64,000 bases of DNA, taken from positions 3,596,001 to 3,660,000 of the forward strand of contig JBHGNT010000002.1 in NCBI GenBank assembly GCA_043228905.1, read 5' to 3'. The position numbers were made by a program, and so were the translations under genes. Positions 1-12,319 of this stretch are shown piece by piece. Source of the DNA: Azolla caroliniana. Taxonomy: Eukaryota; Plantae; Polypodiophyta. The notes beneath the pieces were generated by a model. The model was not told the origin of the DNA. It did not search any database and saw only the letters and a list, made by a program, of their open reading frames with translations. Each line of letters starts with the position of its first letter. Positions within the stretch are counted from its first letter, which is position 1.

Positions 1-28
1 TACAATTGCTAACCCCATTGCTTCTTTC

Positions 29-29
<1 letters not shown>

Positions 30-70
<41 letters not shown>
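30..70. repeat. (TG)n microsatellite; (CT)n tracts also at ~238-259 and ~681-707
   Basis: Dinucleotide runs visible directly. Confidence 0.95.
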
Positions 71-2293
71 TCCCTCCCTTCCCTTTCTACTCAAGTTCAC
101 AAAAAGCACTCTTCTTCACTCCGCTCCCCCTTTTCACTTTTCTGTTCCTCACCACACATTTTTTAAAGACTAGTTCAATCTTCTTTACAAACCCTCTCCC
201 TATGAAAAAACATTCAAACCCTATATATATTTTGATTGCTCTCTCTCTCTCTCTCTCTCATGCACAAGGGTAGACACCCAACATGCTTAAGTCTACATAC
301 TACTAACGAATGCTCGGCCCGACATGGGAACAAAATAAGACACACACTCCACAAGTAGATAAAAGACATTGACGGGATCATCAAAAGTTTGGTGGAAACT
401 TCTTGGGTATAATTGCATAACAGGATGGCTCAACCTTGTCCAATACAGGTTTTTTGTGTTCTTTTTTCTAAGGATCCTCTCTCAAAGAAAAACTATAGTA
501 AGGATGAAGTGTGAAGAATCATATATTCAATTTCTTTATTTAACAAAAACAATTTCCTTTGAACAATTTTTATTACAATGAGTCATTCCAACATTAAAGA
601 ATTGGTAAGTTTTTTACAATATTAATGAAAAATATGTTTGTCAAAACATCCCTCTATACAAGAGTATTTCCAACACATGCTCTTTCTCTCTCTCTCTCTC
701 TCTCTCTGTCCTCTACCGAAGAACTTAACATGTCCCAAGAAAAGAAAAAGAAAAGTTTCTTTTAGAATTCCAAAGAACAGTTTCACTTAGAACACCGTAT
801 ACTTGGATCAATCATTAACGTCTTCTCTTCAATCGATAAAGCCAAGTTCACATTTAATGGATACTTGTCTAATCACATGTGTCTTGTTTTCAAAGCACCA
901 ATTCACATCAAGCAAAAAAAAAGAGATAAGTCTTTCTTTACGTAGTGCATCTTGGGCACATGGACGACAATTTATCCGTTACTTTATTTAATGATTTATC
1001 TAGAGAGAGAAGAGAGAGTTCAAGAAGAAAAAGAGACTTGGAGAAAATGTGTCATTTCTTGTTCAATGTATCTAGAATGCAATGAAGATGAATCATAATT
1101 TCAACTCAAAAAAGGTAAAGGAAAGTATTGTGTGTGCCAGTTGTGTAACTCTACTAAGAGGACACATTCATCCCAACTATGAACTCTCAAGTTTGCCCTA
1201 CGCAAATTCAATAAATGAGCCTCACCCACCGTCATTAAAGAAAGACATGTTATTGTACTTGTCCAATCTATTATCCGATCATTTAGACACTTTATTTATA
1301 GTTCAACCAATATTTGACCTTGAAATAAACTAAACTTTCTTCTTCTTTGTGCTAATTTGCGAGAAGGGTGTTAAAGATGTGAGTAGAACCATAAGGGTCC
1401 TAAACTAGGTAAGTTAGGATTTGTTGTTGTTGACTTCGTAGTGTTTCCATGACCGAAGTATATGCACAATCACATATCCGTGTATACTTGACAATTTCCC
1501 CTCTCGGTATATCTTTATATGCATATGTTTATAAACTCTTGTTTTTATGAGTGAGTGCTTAAATAATTTTAATCAAGTGTATCTAAAAATGTGTGTACCC
1601 AAGAAGGTGCAAAATTGTGTATATGCATATGGTTGTTTTTGTGGTTGTGTGTTTGCATATCAATGTGTGAGAATTAATGTCTTTGGTTGTAAATTTGTAT
1701 GAGTAAATATGTGCATGTTTATAGGTGTTCACGTGTGTAACTTTCTGTGAGCATGTATTGATGAATGTGGAATCATAATTGTGTTTCTATGGATGTGAAT
1801 GCGAAAGTTTGATTATGGTTGTATGAAAGTTTGGATTTTCAAATGTGCTAATGTGAATGTTTTTGTTTATGATACGAGAGTATGGAGACATGTGTGAGAA
1901 TGTGCTTATGGGTGTCTAGATATGTGAAATGCATCATTATGATCCTAATTGTGCATATGATCTTTTAGTGGTCTTCTAATGGATATAGTTGATGATGTAT
2001 GGCAGCCAAAATACCCTACCCCCTTGCCCTTTTGGGAACAATTAAGGATTTTGTAGAAATTTAGGAACAAACACACACACATAAAGATAGAGATATGCTT
2101 GAGATAATATCTGCTAGAAAACCCCAAAGTTTTTCTTTTCCAAAACAAAATATCCTTTCATTAGTTTAAAAAAAAGGTCATAATAGCTACAACATACGAT
2201 ATATTTTTTCCCAACCCCTCTTGTGTAAGACAATGGCTAAGGAAACAAGTCAATGTACTCCAAAGTAGAGGAAAACATCAACTAATTTGTAAG

Positions 2294-2800
2294 CTATTCC
2301 ATAGACACATTCCAAGCTATTCCATAGACAACAACAAAAGTAGTTGCATTCGGAGACAAGCCCTCACAACTCATAGATATGAACCATTTCAATGCTTCTT
2401 CAACATGCTCATGTTCAACATAATTTGCCATCAACACATTCCAAGCAATTCCATAGACAGAAACAAAAGTTGCAACATCCAGAGATAAGCCCTCGTAGGT
2501 CATAAATTGGAACCATTACAATGCTTTTTCAACATGCTATATCCACCAATGCAATTCCAATCAATCTAGTACCTTTATCCAAAAAATCGAATGCTACCAC
2601 AAGCTTTCAAGGTACAGAACATTATATTCCATGCCTCTACATCTCGGTTTTGAAGGTGATCAAATACATTTTGTACTTCTTCAAGACAACCACATTTCAC
2701 ATACATGTTTGTAAACACAAAAAGAATGCTTCCTCTTTCCACATCAACCATCTTGGCGGTTACCACCAAATTCCTGCACATACAACAACAAAATAAGTCA
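2294..2800 (-). pseudogene. PLS-class pentatricopeptide repeat (PPR) gene remnant
   Basis: Motifs MYVKCGCLEEVQNVFDHLQNRDVEAWN and WNVLMANYVEHEHVEEALKWFISMSCEGLSPNATTF, typical of plant PLS-PPR repeats; broken across frames. Confidence 0.8.
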
Positions 2801-3490
2801 AGTTTCCTCCTCTCCTCTTGAGACTATGCTTCGGCCCCCGCACCATCATCATTCATCCTTATCCAAAACATAAATTTTGCTTCATTAAGTCCACATCAAC
2901 CATCTCGCTGATTATCGCCAAAATCTTGTACATACAATAGCAACACAAGACTAGTTTCTTCATAAGCATATGCTTTAGCCCCACACCATCATCACTGATC
3001 CTTATCAAAAACATAAAATCTGCTTCGTTAAGTCCACATTAACCATATTGCCAATTACCATTAAAATCTTGCACATACAACATAAAATGAGTGTAGTTTC
3101 CTCATCTCCTCATGAGAATATGCTTTCACCAACACACCATCATCACTCATCCTTATCCAAGACATAAATATTGCTTCATTAAGTCCACATCAACCATCTC
3201 GCCGATTACCGCCAAGATCCTATACATACAACAAAAAAATGAGTCTAGTCTCCTCATGAGAATATGCTTCAGCCCCCACACCATCATCACTCATCCTTAT
3301 CCAAAACATAAAATCTGCATAAAATCTGCTTCATTAAGTCCACATCAACCATCTCATTGTCGACCATTTACCACTAAAATCCTGTACATACACAAACACA
3401 ATGAAAAACAAAATGACACTACTCTCCTCATTAAAATATGTCAGAACACTCAACACCAGCATCACCCATCCACCATATTTTACAAAATTT
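2740..3490. repeat. Degenerate ~140-bp tandem repeat (about 5 units)
   Basis: Recurrent catcatcactcatccttatccaaaacataaa...cttcattaagtccacatcaaccatctc at ~2845, 2990, 3140, 3282. Confidence 0.75.
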
Positions 3491-4672
3491 TCACCTTTTC
3501 TTATGCATCTTTTCCGTCGTTCCTTTAATACTATCATACTCTCCCTTAACTGCGTGTACCAAGTTGTCCCAGAACATCTTAATCATATCCACCACATTGT
3601 ACTCGATGCCTTCATATTTCTTGTTGCAATGACACTTCCACCACACCCATAAAGCATTAATTGAAACAATATTCCAAACAAAATAATTTCTAAAATATTT
3701 ACCACCAAGAATGTGAAGGAGAGCTGTTTCAATTCGATTCTCCAACACATGCAATGCTTCTGTGCATTGCTCCGCCTTGTACAAAGATACCTGCACATCC
3801 AAAGACCCCCCTAGAAAATAGCCCCCCATGTAAAAACTGTTATGAGAAAAAATCCTCAATATTCTTCTCCAATACTTTCGAGCTACACAACAAGTCCAAA
3901 ACAAATGTTTCAAAGTCTTCTCTTGTACTTGGCAACACACATAGTGACAATCATCAACTTGTCATTTTAAATGAAAACTTACAAGCATAATGAAGTACTA
4001 GCCACTTAAAAGAAATTGCTCTCCACGTACATGGTTGAGCCCATAAACTTTTCCAATAAGTCGTCAAATATTGAAGCGATATAGCACCTGATTCCCAATA
4101 CTTTTGTGCAACAGGATTTACGCAATGACATTGCATCAAAAAACGTCGACCATATGCCACTGAATACTGGAAAAAGGGAAGAATCCTACTCTCTTGTTCA
4201 TTTGTTGCGAACCATCTAGCCAACCGCCATGCATAATTAGTCGGGTCCCAATTAAGATGTGCCACTGGCTTACTTTGGAATAACCATAATTGTATTGCAT
4301 GGTCCGTCAAAAAAGGCTTGGATCTAAGAAAATCTTATTGTCTAATCGAGCAATAACCCTAATGGTTTTTTCGGAGGCTAATTGCATAACATCCACTAAA
4401 TATAAAAGAACAACATCGCCAACCTCATAAAATCTTACTTGGCCCTGGTTAACATATGCCTTGGCACCTATTAAAACACCCACATGAGAGAAAAGACCAT
4501 ACCACGTATAAGTATTAGCCAAATTAATTTGCCTCTGACAATTCTAAAAAGCCAACTGAATCTTATTGAACATCAAAAAAACCCCATGCAATGAGGATAA
4601 GAATTGGTTTTTGTCCTCCAACAAGACCAGTTGAAACCGCTCCCAAGTAGCCACAGATGTAGTTGGTCCCGA

Positions 4673-5108
4673 TGTTAACTCTTCGGGCCGGACAATGGCC
4701 TAACACAGGGTGTCTACGGGAGACACTTCACCAAAGGGTGTTACGGCAACCAGATTAGACTTCAACGCTTAATCCTACTTGATTAAGTTACTTATTATGA
4801 TCGTCTTTCATAACACACGCGTAAGATATAACAATTAAGATAGAACGGCAATTAACACAGAGAGATAACAATGCTTAAGCTTCCATTAATTAACCGCCAA
4901 TGATTACATTGTATCCGGGCCTTTAAATAGGTTTCCGGTCTGTATTACAAAACGGTGCCATCCGCACCTGTTCGGGATCGGTCCGGATCCGGAACGGCAT
5001 ACCGTTTCCGGTGCGTCCGTCCACACTCATAGCTTAATTACAACCACATTCCTACTACTTAAATAACTCTCCGTTTCCCACTCTGGACTCCTTTGCCGGC
5101 CGGTAACA
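4673..5108 (-). repeat. 3' LTR of gypsy copy 1
   Basis: Direct repeat of 14173-14608; TATA-like CTATTTAAAG on minus strand at 4921-4930. Confidence 0.97.
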
Positions 5109-5110
5109 CA

Positions 5111-5127
5111 TGGCACGCCCGTGGGAC
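5111..5127 (+). promoter_or_regulatory. Antisense PBS-like site (TGGCACGCCCGTGGGAC) at the position where a PPT is expected
   Basis: 2 nt inside the 3' LTR boundary; resembles the complement of the plant tRNA-Arg(UCU) 3' end with a 1-nt gap (from recall); conserved in copy 2. Confidence 0.7.
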
Positions 5128-5163
5128 AGTACCTTGTACGTCGACTCCACAACCGACCCTTGC

Positions 5164-8100
5164 TATTCTTCGTCCAAAATGTCCAGAATGCTTTGTTCGA
5201 GAGGCTCCAATGGTTCATCTGGAAGTGGTTGTTGTTGTTGTTGTTGTTGTTGCTCTGTTGATGTCTGCTAGGGCGGGTCCGTTGGTGGTTGCTGCGGCTG
5301 CTCCTCCGTTTGTGGCTCGGACACCGGCGTTTCCGTCGTTGCTCCCTGCGTCGTAGTGGTCTCCGGTTGACTGGTTCCCGGCTGGCCCTCGGCCGGCGAT
5401 GGTTCCTCATCACTAAGGTTCACCGTTGCCGCTTCCCGTGCTTTTTCTTCCCAAACCCGGGACCGCTCGTAGCTTTCAAACTAGAATTGAGCGTCCATCC
5501 TATCATTGTCTAGCTGAGCTACGAGCTGCCTGACCTGCGCCAGCTGTTCATCTGCCAGAACTTGGAAGTCGTCGGCCAGCTCGTCCCGTATGGCGGTGAA
5601 GTCCTCGGAAGTCAACGTATAACAATCATCTCCTTCCTTCCACCGGTTTGCCACATCTGCCCGTAGCAACTGGAGTTCCGCCGCGTTTTGTGCCCACTTT
5701 GTCCACCATTTTACGGAGCTTTCATCAATCAAGTGTTTTGTCTGATTTAGCCATTCCCGGAGGATGGACTGAATCCGGCTCGTTCCCAATTGCGATTTGG
5801 TTTCCGCCGCTTGCCGTTCCTCCTTCAGTTGTTTGATGATTTTGACGTTGTCCTCTGCCTGCGCCTTGTAATGCGTCAATTGCCTTTGATATGTGCTTTG
5901 TAATTTCTGCAATACTGTTGACGCTCTTTCTTTGTCTTCCTATTGCTGCCTCTGGAGCTCCATCCGGACCTTCTCCGCCTCGTCCAAGCGTCTTGTATTT
6001 TCCGCCCGTTCGTCGGCGATCGTCGTCGCGGCCCGATCAACTGCCTGCTGGAGCTCGGCCATCCGTTCTTTATGCTCCGTTTCCAGCCGTTTGTAGTCCC
6101 GGTGCAGTTGCTCAAAATCATCCATCTTTTGCTTGAGCCGTGCGTTGATATGATGTCGGGCCCGGTCCTCGCGGTCCTTCTGCTGGCGGAGCTCTTCCTT
6201 TAGCCGTTCAATCTCTGTTTTCGCCGTTTTCCGCAGCTTGTCCTTTTCCTGCAGCACTTTGTCTTTCTCCTCCTTTAGCCGGTCGTACGCTTGATGGCCT
6301 TTCCGGAGGCTCTCCTCTGCCCGACGGAGGTTCTCAGCAGTCTTCTTTAATTCGGCTTCGGTCGCCGTCTTCAATTCTCGTTCATGGCTCCTTAGCGCTT
6401 CTTGTGCGACAAATTCATCTCTCAATTCCGCAAGCTCCTGGGCTTGCGCCACATCTCTCGCCGGAACGGTTTCCGTTGCCGGGGTCTTATTGATATGTAC
6501 AGGTCGTTCCGTTTCTTTATTCTGTACACTTACCGGAGTCACCGGTGATTGGATCTGTGTTGCCGTTAAGGCCATTTTGGCCATCTCTGTCGTGACCTGA
6601 TCCAAGTCTTTTTCAAGGCACCGGATTCTGGACTGGGCCGTCTCTAGTTGTTCGGTTGTGACGAGCAACCGTTCGCTTTGCGCTCTTTCTTCCGCCTCAA
6701 TATACCCCACTGCTCCAGCAATCTGTTCGCTTATCCACCGGAGCCACAGGCTACCGGTGCCTTGTTGTGCTTGCACGGAGGTTTGACAGATGGGCTCACT
6801 TGTAGAGGGGTGGTCCCGCCTGGTTGCGCCGAGTTGCAGTTCCGTTTCTGCCCGTAGACCACCCTGCTGTCCTGGTTCCCCTTGCGCTTCTTCTTGGCTG
6901 ACCGAGGGAGGCTGCATTGACCTTTCCGGCTCTGGCGGGATGGGACTTGCCGGTGTTGCCGGTGGTGCCGGGGCTTCTGTTTCCGGTGCCATATGCACCG
7001 GTTTCGGTTCCTTCCTTGGCGTGGGAGTCTCACTACGGGGAGCCGGTGTTCCCTCCGTCTGAGGGTCCAAACGTTTCCCGGCTGTCTCAACAGTCCTTGC
7101 TGACGACCGTCGCTGGAGGTGCTCCGTGGGCTCCTCCTCTATTTCCTCCTCCTGAGCTCCGGCATTGAGTTTTGCCGCCAAGGGGTCCGCTTCTCTATTC
7201 ACCGGTCGGCGGAGTGTGACCTTTACGGGGCCGTGCCGGTGGTTCCTCCTGCTCCTCCGTTGGGCGCTTTCGGCTGCCGCTTCCTGCTGCCGCCTGTTCT
7301 GCATCCGCCGCCTTTCCCTTAGTGGCCTTAGAGGCCAACAACTGTTGTCGTTTGGAAGCCGTCTTTGGGGTGCCGTCCGCCACTCTTCCTCGCTTCTTGG
7401 GCTGAACGGGCTGGACGGGTGGCACAAGCAAGGTGAGCCACTGCGTTACGACATGCCATATCCTCTGTCCGTCTCAGCCTTCTTTGCTGTCTTTGCCTCT
7501 GACGATCTCGATCGCTGCACACAACCCATCTGCGATCAATACCGGCCAATCCACCTTGATCCCTTCATAGGTGGCGATGATCATCCCTGCCCGGTTCTGC
7601 GGCATGACAGGGGGTCTAGGGTACACGTGGCCATATTCATGGAGCACACGAGCAATTTCGCGGAACAGCATATCTCCGCCGCCCTGTGTCCGGTAGCCCT
7701 TGCTGGCTAGAGAGTACTCACCAAAATACCTGATGAGTTGCTCCGGGGTTGGATTGTCGATCGTGAGTATGCCTCCCTCCGGAAGGCCTGTTAACGCTCG
7801 AATCGCCTCTGCCGTTATGACCTCTGTATCGATTTCCTTGATCACTTTGTCGGCTTCTTTGTGTGGCGGTACTTCCATCATCATCAAGAAGCCCTCGAGC
7901 CCGTGTTGCTTTAGCCATGTCTTGGCGGCTTGCGACAACGTTTGCGGGTCCATGTCTGTGTCGAGGTCGGATGGCGGTGGTGAGGTTGGATGGTGATGAG
8001 AGTGAGGTTGAGAAAGAGAGAGTTCAGAAGGCGGGGGTTCTCTGTGCGCAGGTTCTCGTCTGATGATCTTGCAGCGTCTTGGTGCTTCTCTGCTCCTGGG

Positions 8101-8175
8101 TTCGCGAAAGTAGAGGGTCTCTACGCACAGTGGTTTTTGTCTGTGCATTCTGGCGCCTTTTTCGAGTGTGTGCAT
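5164..8175 (-). pseudogene. Extra ~1000-codon ORF downstream of pol (Pro-rich linker, long coiled coil, poly-Q tail), frameshifted
   Basis: ORFs 7474-8175, 5940-7427 and 5481-5912 are collinear with 34651-37655 in copy 2. Confidence 0.8.
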
Positions 8176-8332
8176 GTCGTGTACTAAAATAGCATTATGT
8201 CCTGTGGTGGCGCTTTAAATGCCCACTACGTACCTTTTCGCTCCTCGCTCTTTCATCCATTCATTCCTCGCTTTTGCATGATTGTTTTTTTTTCTTTTTT
8301 TTTTTATAGTTATTATTATTATTAGTGTGACG

Positions 8333-11300
8333 TCACTTGTCTGTTGGTCCTCTCGGACCCTTACCGGCCTCATTCTCCCCAGTTACCGGCTCGCGTTCTC
8401 TGCCGTCTTGGTGGTTGCCGTTTCTCTCACTGGTGTCGGTCCTTTGCTCAAATGGGTTCTTAGGCATCGGTCCTCTATATGCCTTCAACCGGAATCCGTT
8501 GACCCATTTGCCTAGTACTTTGCCGGCAAGTGTCCCTAACTGGTAGGACCCATTATACTCCCGTGTTAGCCAATACGGTCCGGTCCATCTAAACCGTAGT
8601 TTACCCGGCATCTTGCCCATCCGGGTTTGGAATACTAACACCGGTTTGCCGATTGCGAACATTTTTTCGTTACCTTTCCTGTGCCGGTCGACAAATGCTT
8701 TCCATCGCCGTTGCTCCAATTCTAAATGTAGGATGCTGGCCAGTCGTTGTTCCTCGAGCTCACACAGCGCTGTCAACCGTATTGCCTTCGACTCCTTCTC
8801 GTTTAGCCGTTCCCGTAGCTGGATCCGTAAGCTGGGTACTTGGAATTCTACCAGCATTACCGCCTCGAGTCCGAACGCTAACCGGAACGGTGTTGTTCGG
8901 ATGCTCGTTTTGTATGCCGTCCGGTATGCCCAAAGCTCGCTATGTAGCTTTGTGTCCCAATCCGTCCGGTTTTCGTTGACGATCTTCCGGAGGATATTCT
9001 GGAGCGTCTTGTTTGTTGATTCCGCTAAACCGTTCGCCTGTGGATAGTAAGGTGTGCTTCGTTTGTGGACAACGACATAGAATGTCGTCAGGCTTTCCAC
9101 TACTTGGCCGAGAAAGTGCCCCCCTTGGTCACTTATTAATTCAATTGGGCATCCGTAACGGCACCAGATGTACTCATATAGAAACTTCGCCGTTGACGCA
9201 ATGGTGTAATCCCGTAAAGCTTTGGCCTCCACCCATTTCGTGCAGTAATCCGTAGCAACGATAACGTATCGATTACCTGTTCTCATTGTCGGTGGCTTGA
9301 ACGGTCCTACAAAGTCCAGCCCCCACTTCTAGAATGGCTCGAGTGGTAGTACTGGCTGGTGTGGCATATGAGCCTGCTCCGTTGGTTGGCCCATTCTCTG
9401 GCATAGGTCACATTCTTTTGCGTACCGTACCGCATCTCTTAATGTCGTTGGCCACCATAGGCCACTTTGCCATATTTTTCTGGCCGTCGCATCTTTGGCA
9501 TAGTGACCTCCGGCAACTCCGCAGTGGGCTTCCCTCAGTATCAGTTCCTTTTCATCGCTGCACACCGCCCGTCTCCATATGCCGTCCGCGCCCTTGTGGT
9601 ACAGTGTGTCTTGCAGTAAGCAGAAATGTCAGCTTTGCACCACCAGGTGTTTCCGTTCGTCCCGATTCATCTCTTCCTGAGGCAGTCCTGTGCTCAGAAA
9701 CTGGTGCATATTTGTGAGCCATTTGTCTTCCTGTGCCACCGTCTCATCTACTGCCGTCTCCGTAGTGACTCGAAACAGCTTTGCATCCGGAAACTCATCT
9801 GGTACTCCGTCTCCCGTCTCTCCGGACTCTAATTGGCTTAAGTAATCTGCCACGGCATGCTGTATACCGGGTCGGTGGAATATTTCAAACTCGAACTCCT
9901 GTAACAGTAAGGTCCACCGGGCCAATTTGCCGGTGAGTGACGCTTTGGACACCAGGTAAAGGAGTGCCGAATGATCTACATGGAAGGAAAACTTCCTTCC
10001 CAATAAATAATGCCGAAACTTTGTCACACTGTAGATAATCCCTAGGGCTTCCGATTCCGTGGTAGAGTAGTTTCGTTCTGCTTGGGATAGCTTTCGGCTG
10101 GCATAGTATACTGGCCGGTACCATTTTGGCTCCGTAAGCTGCATAAGTACGCTTCCGATTGCGATGTCGGAGGCGTCTATGAACACGTGAAATTCTTTAC
10201 TCCAATCCGGAGGTTGTACTACCGGTGCCTGCGACAATAGTACCTTGAGGGCCCTATACGCTCTATCCTCGGTGTCGGTCCACTGGAATGGTGTCCGATG
10301 TACGGCGGCATGCAACGGTGTAGCCAGGTCAGCTAAGTATCAGAGCATCCGGCTGTGCCACCGGATCTGGCCTAAGAACCAGCTTAATGCCTTTGCCGTT
10401 GCCGGCGCCGGTGCTTCTAATATGGCTTTCACTTTGTCCGGGTCGACTGCAATACCTTCCTCGCTCACAATATGTCCTAATAAAGTTCCACTGGACACGC
10501 CAAATACACACTTTGCCGGATTCAAGCTTAGCCGGTACGCTCTACACTTTTCTAGACAAAGACGGAGGTGCTGAAAATGGTCCTCCTCCCGGCTATAGAT
10601 GGCGAAATCGTCAAGGAAAACCTACATAAAAGCCGGTATATATTCACCAAAGATTTCCATGATGATTCGTTGAAATGTTGCCAGTGCCGTTTTGAGTCCG
10701 AACATCATCACCACGGCCACAAACACCCCCCATTCGGTGACGAAAGCCGTTTTCTCTTGGTCGTCGGGGTGCATCTGGATCTGATTATACCCGCTGAATC
10801 CGTCTAGGAAGCTATAGACCTCATGGCCGGCGACGGCATCCGACACTCCATCTGTGAACGGAAGTGGAAACACATCCGTTACCGTAGCCGCATTGAGTTT
10901 CCGGTAGTCCACGCAAACTCGAATTTTTCCGTTCTTCTTCGGTACGACTACGATCGGGCTCAGCCATGTCGCTTTCTTTACCGGATGGATAAAGCCAACT
11001 CTTAGCAGTTTGTCGATTTCCTCCTTGACTTTGGCGGCGTAATTGGGATTCATCCGGTACCGTCTTTGTGCCACTGGTTTTGCGTCCTTGCTCAAGTGCA
11101 CCTGATGTTGGTATAACTGAGGGTCGAGTCCTCGCATATCTTCGTATGACCAAGCGAACACATCGCGGAATTCCGTGAGAAGTGTGATCATCGCCGTTTT
11201 GTCTTCGGACTTCATCTCCTTGGCGATGTGCACCGGTTTTGCTTCGTCCGTGGTGCCTAGGTTCACCTCTTCCAGTTGCGACGCTTTCACGCACTGTGAA

Positions 11301-12301
11301 ACGGCCATTTCCCGTTCCAACGCTTCCTGCGCTTGCCGTAACTCCCGGATTGCGTCTTTATCTGGTTCTGCTTCAGCCTCTTCCGGTTGCGGTAAGTATG
11401 GTGCTACTGCTTCGGCAATGTCAATTCCGAAGAGGGGTATGATCTTCGGGTTTTCCTGCAGGTATTGAGCTTCTTCTTCGTCCGCTAACCCTTCTAGAAT
11501 GTTGACGCATTCCGCATACAACGGTGTACATTCCTTGCCAGTGCTCGTCCTTGGCTGTGTTGGTACCCGTACCTTGGCTTTTCCTCGTCGGAAGGTAATT
11601 ATATTTTTCCGCCAATTCTGTTTGATATGTGCCGTTTTCAACCATGGCCGCCCCAACAATAACGGGTATGCGCCTTGTGCCTGTAATTGTAGCACTACGG
11701 CCGAGATGTGAAATGTATGACCGCCGACGGTGACTTCTAATTTCTGTATTAATCCTGTCGGCCGCACTGAGCTTGTATCGGCCTTCCGTAACCAGAACGG
11801 ACACGGCTCCCACTCGTGGATTCCTAGGTCATCACACGTCCGGAGGCTTATTACATTCACCCCAGAGCCTCCGTCTATAACTGTGCCGGGGAGTTCTTTC
11901 CCTTTTACAATGGCAGTGATTACCGAACTGCTGGTGTCCACCACTGTTGGTCCCTCCTCCGGATTCGAGAAGAGTACCGGTGCCGGTGATGGTTCTCCTG
12001 CCGTCATGGCCGTCTTCAGTCCTTCCGTGCATCTTGGCACGAGTTGTAGGAGTCTTCCTAGTGGTAATGTAATTTGGCATTCTTGCAACGCCTGCCATGT
12101 CTTGTTCTCGGAGTGACTTCCGCCGGCAAGCCCTGCGGTGTTCTGCTTTTGCTGCTGTAAGTCTGTGACATTCTGCTCATTTGCTTTCTTTACCCATTCC
12201 GTTGCTTGTTTCTGGATGGTCTCCTGTGTCTCCCATTCTTTGGCCATGCCCTTCGACCTTGTGGTCACCTGCTGCAGATCCGCCACCTCAGGGACTACCA
12301 T
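8333..12301 (-). pseudogene. pol: pol of gypsy copy 1 (protease, RT, RNase H, integrase) with in-frame stops
   Basis: VIDGGSGVN; RVCVDYRKLN, FLDGFSGYNQI, FLDD; DASDIAIG...YASRKL; H..GGH..C..C and ISDQGGHF...YYPQANGLAE; GPY motif. Confidence 0.95.
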
Positions 12302-12319
12302 ATTTACCGCCGGTCGTTT

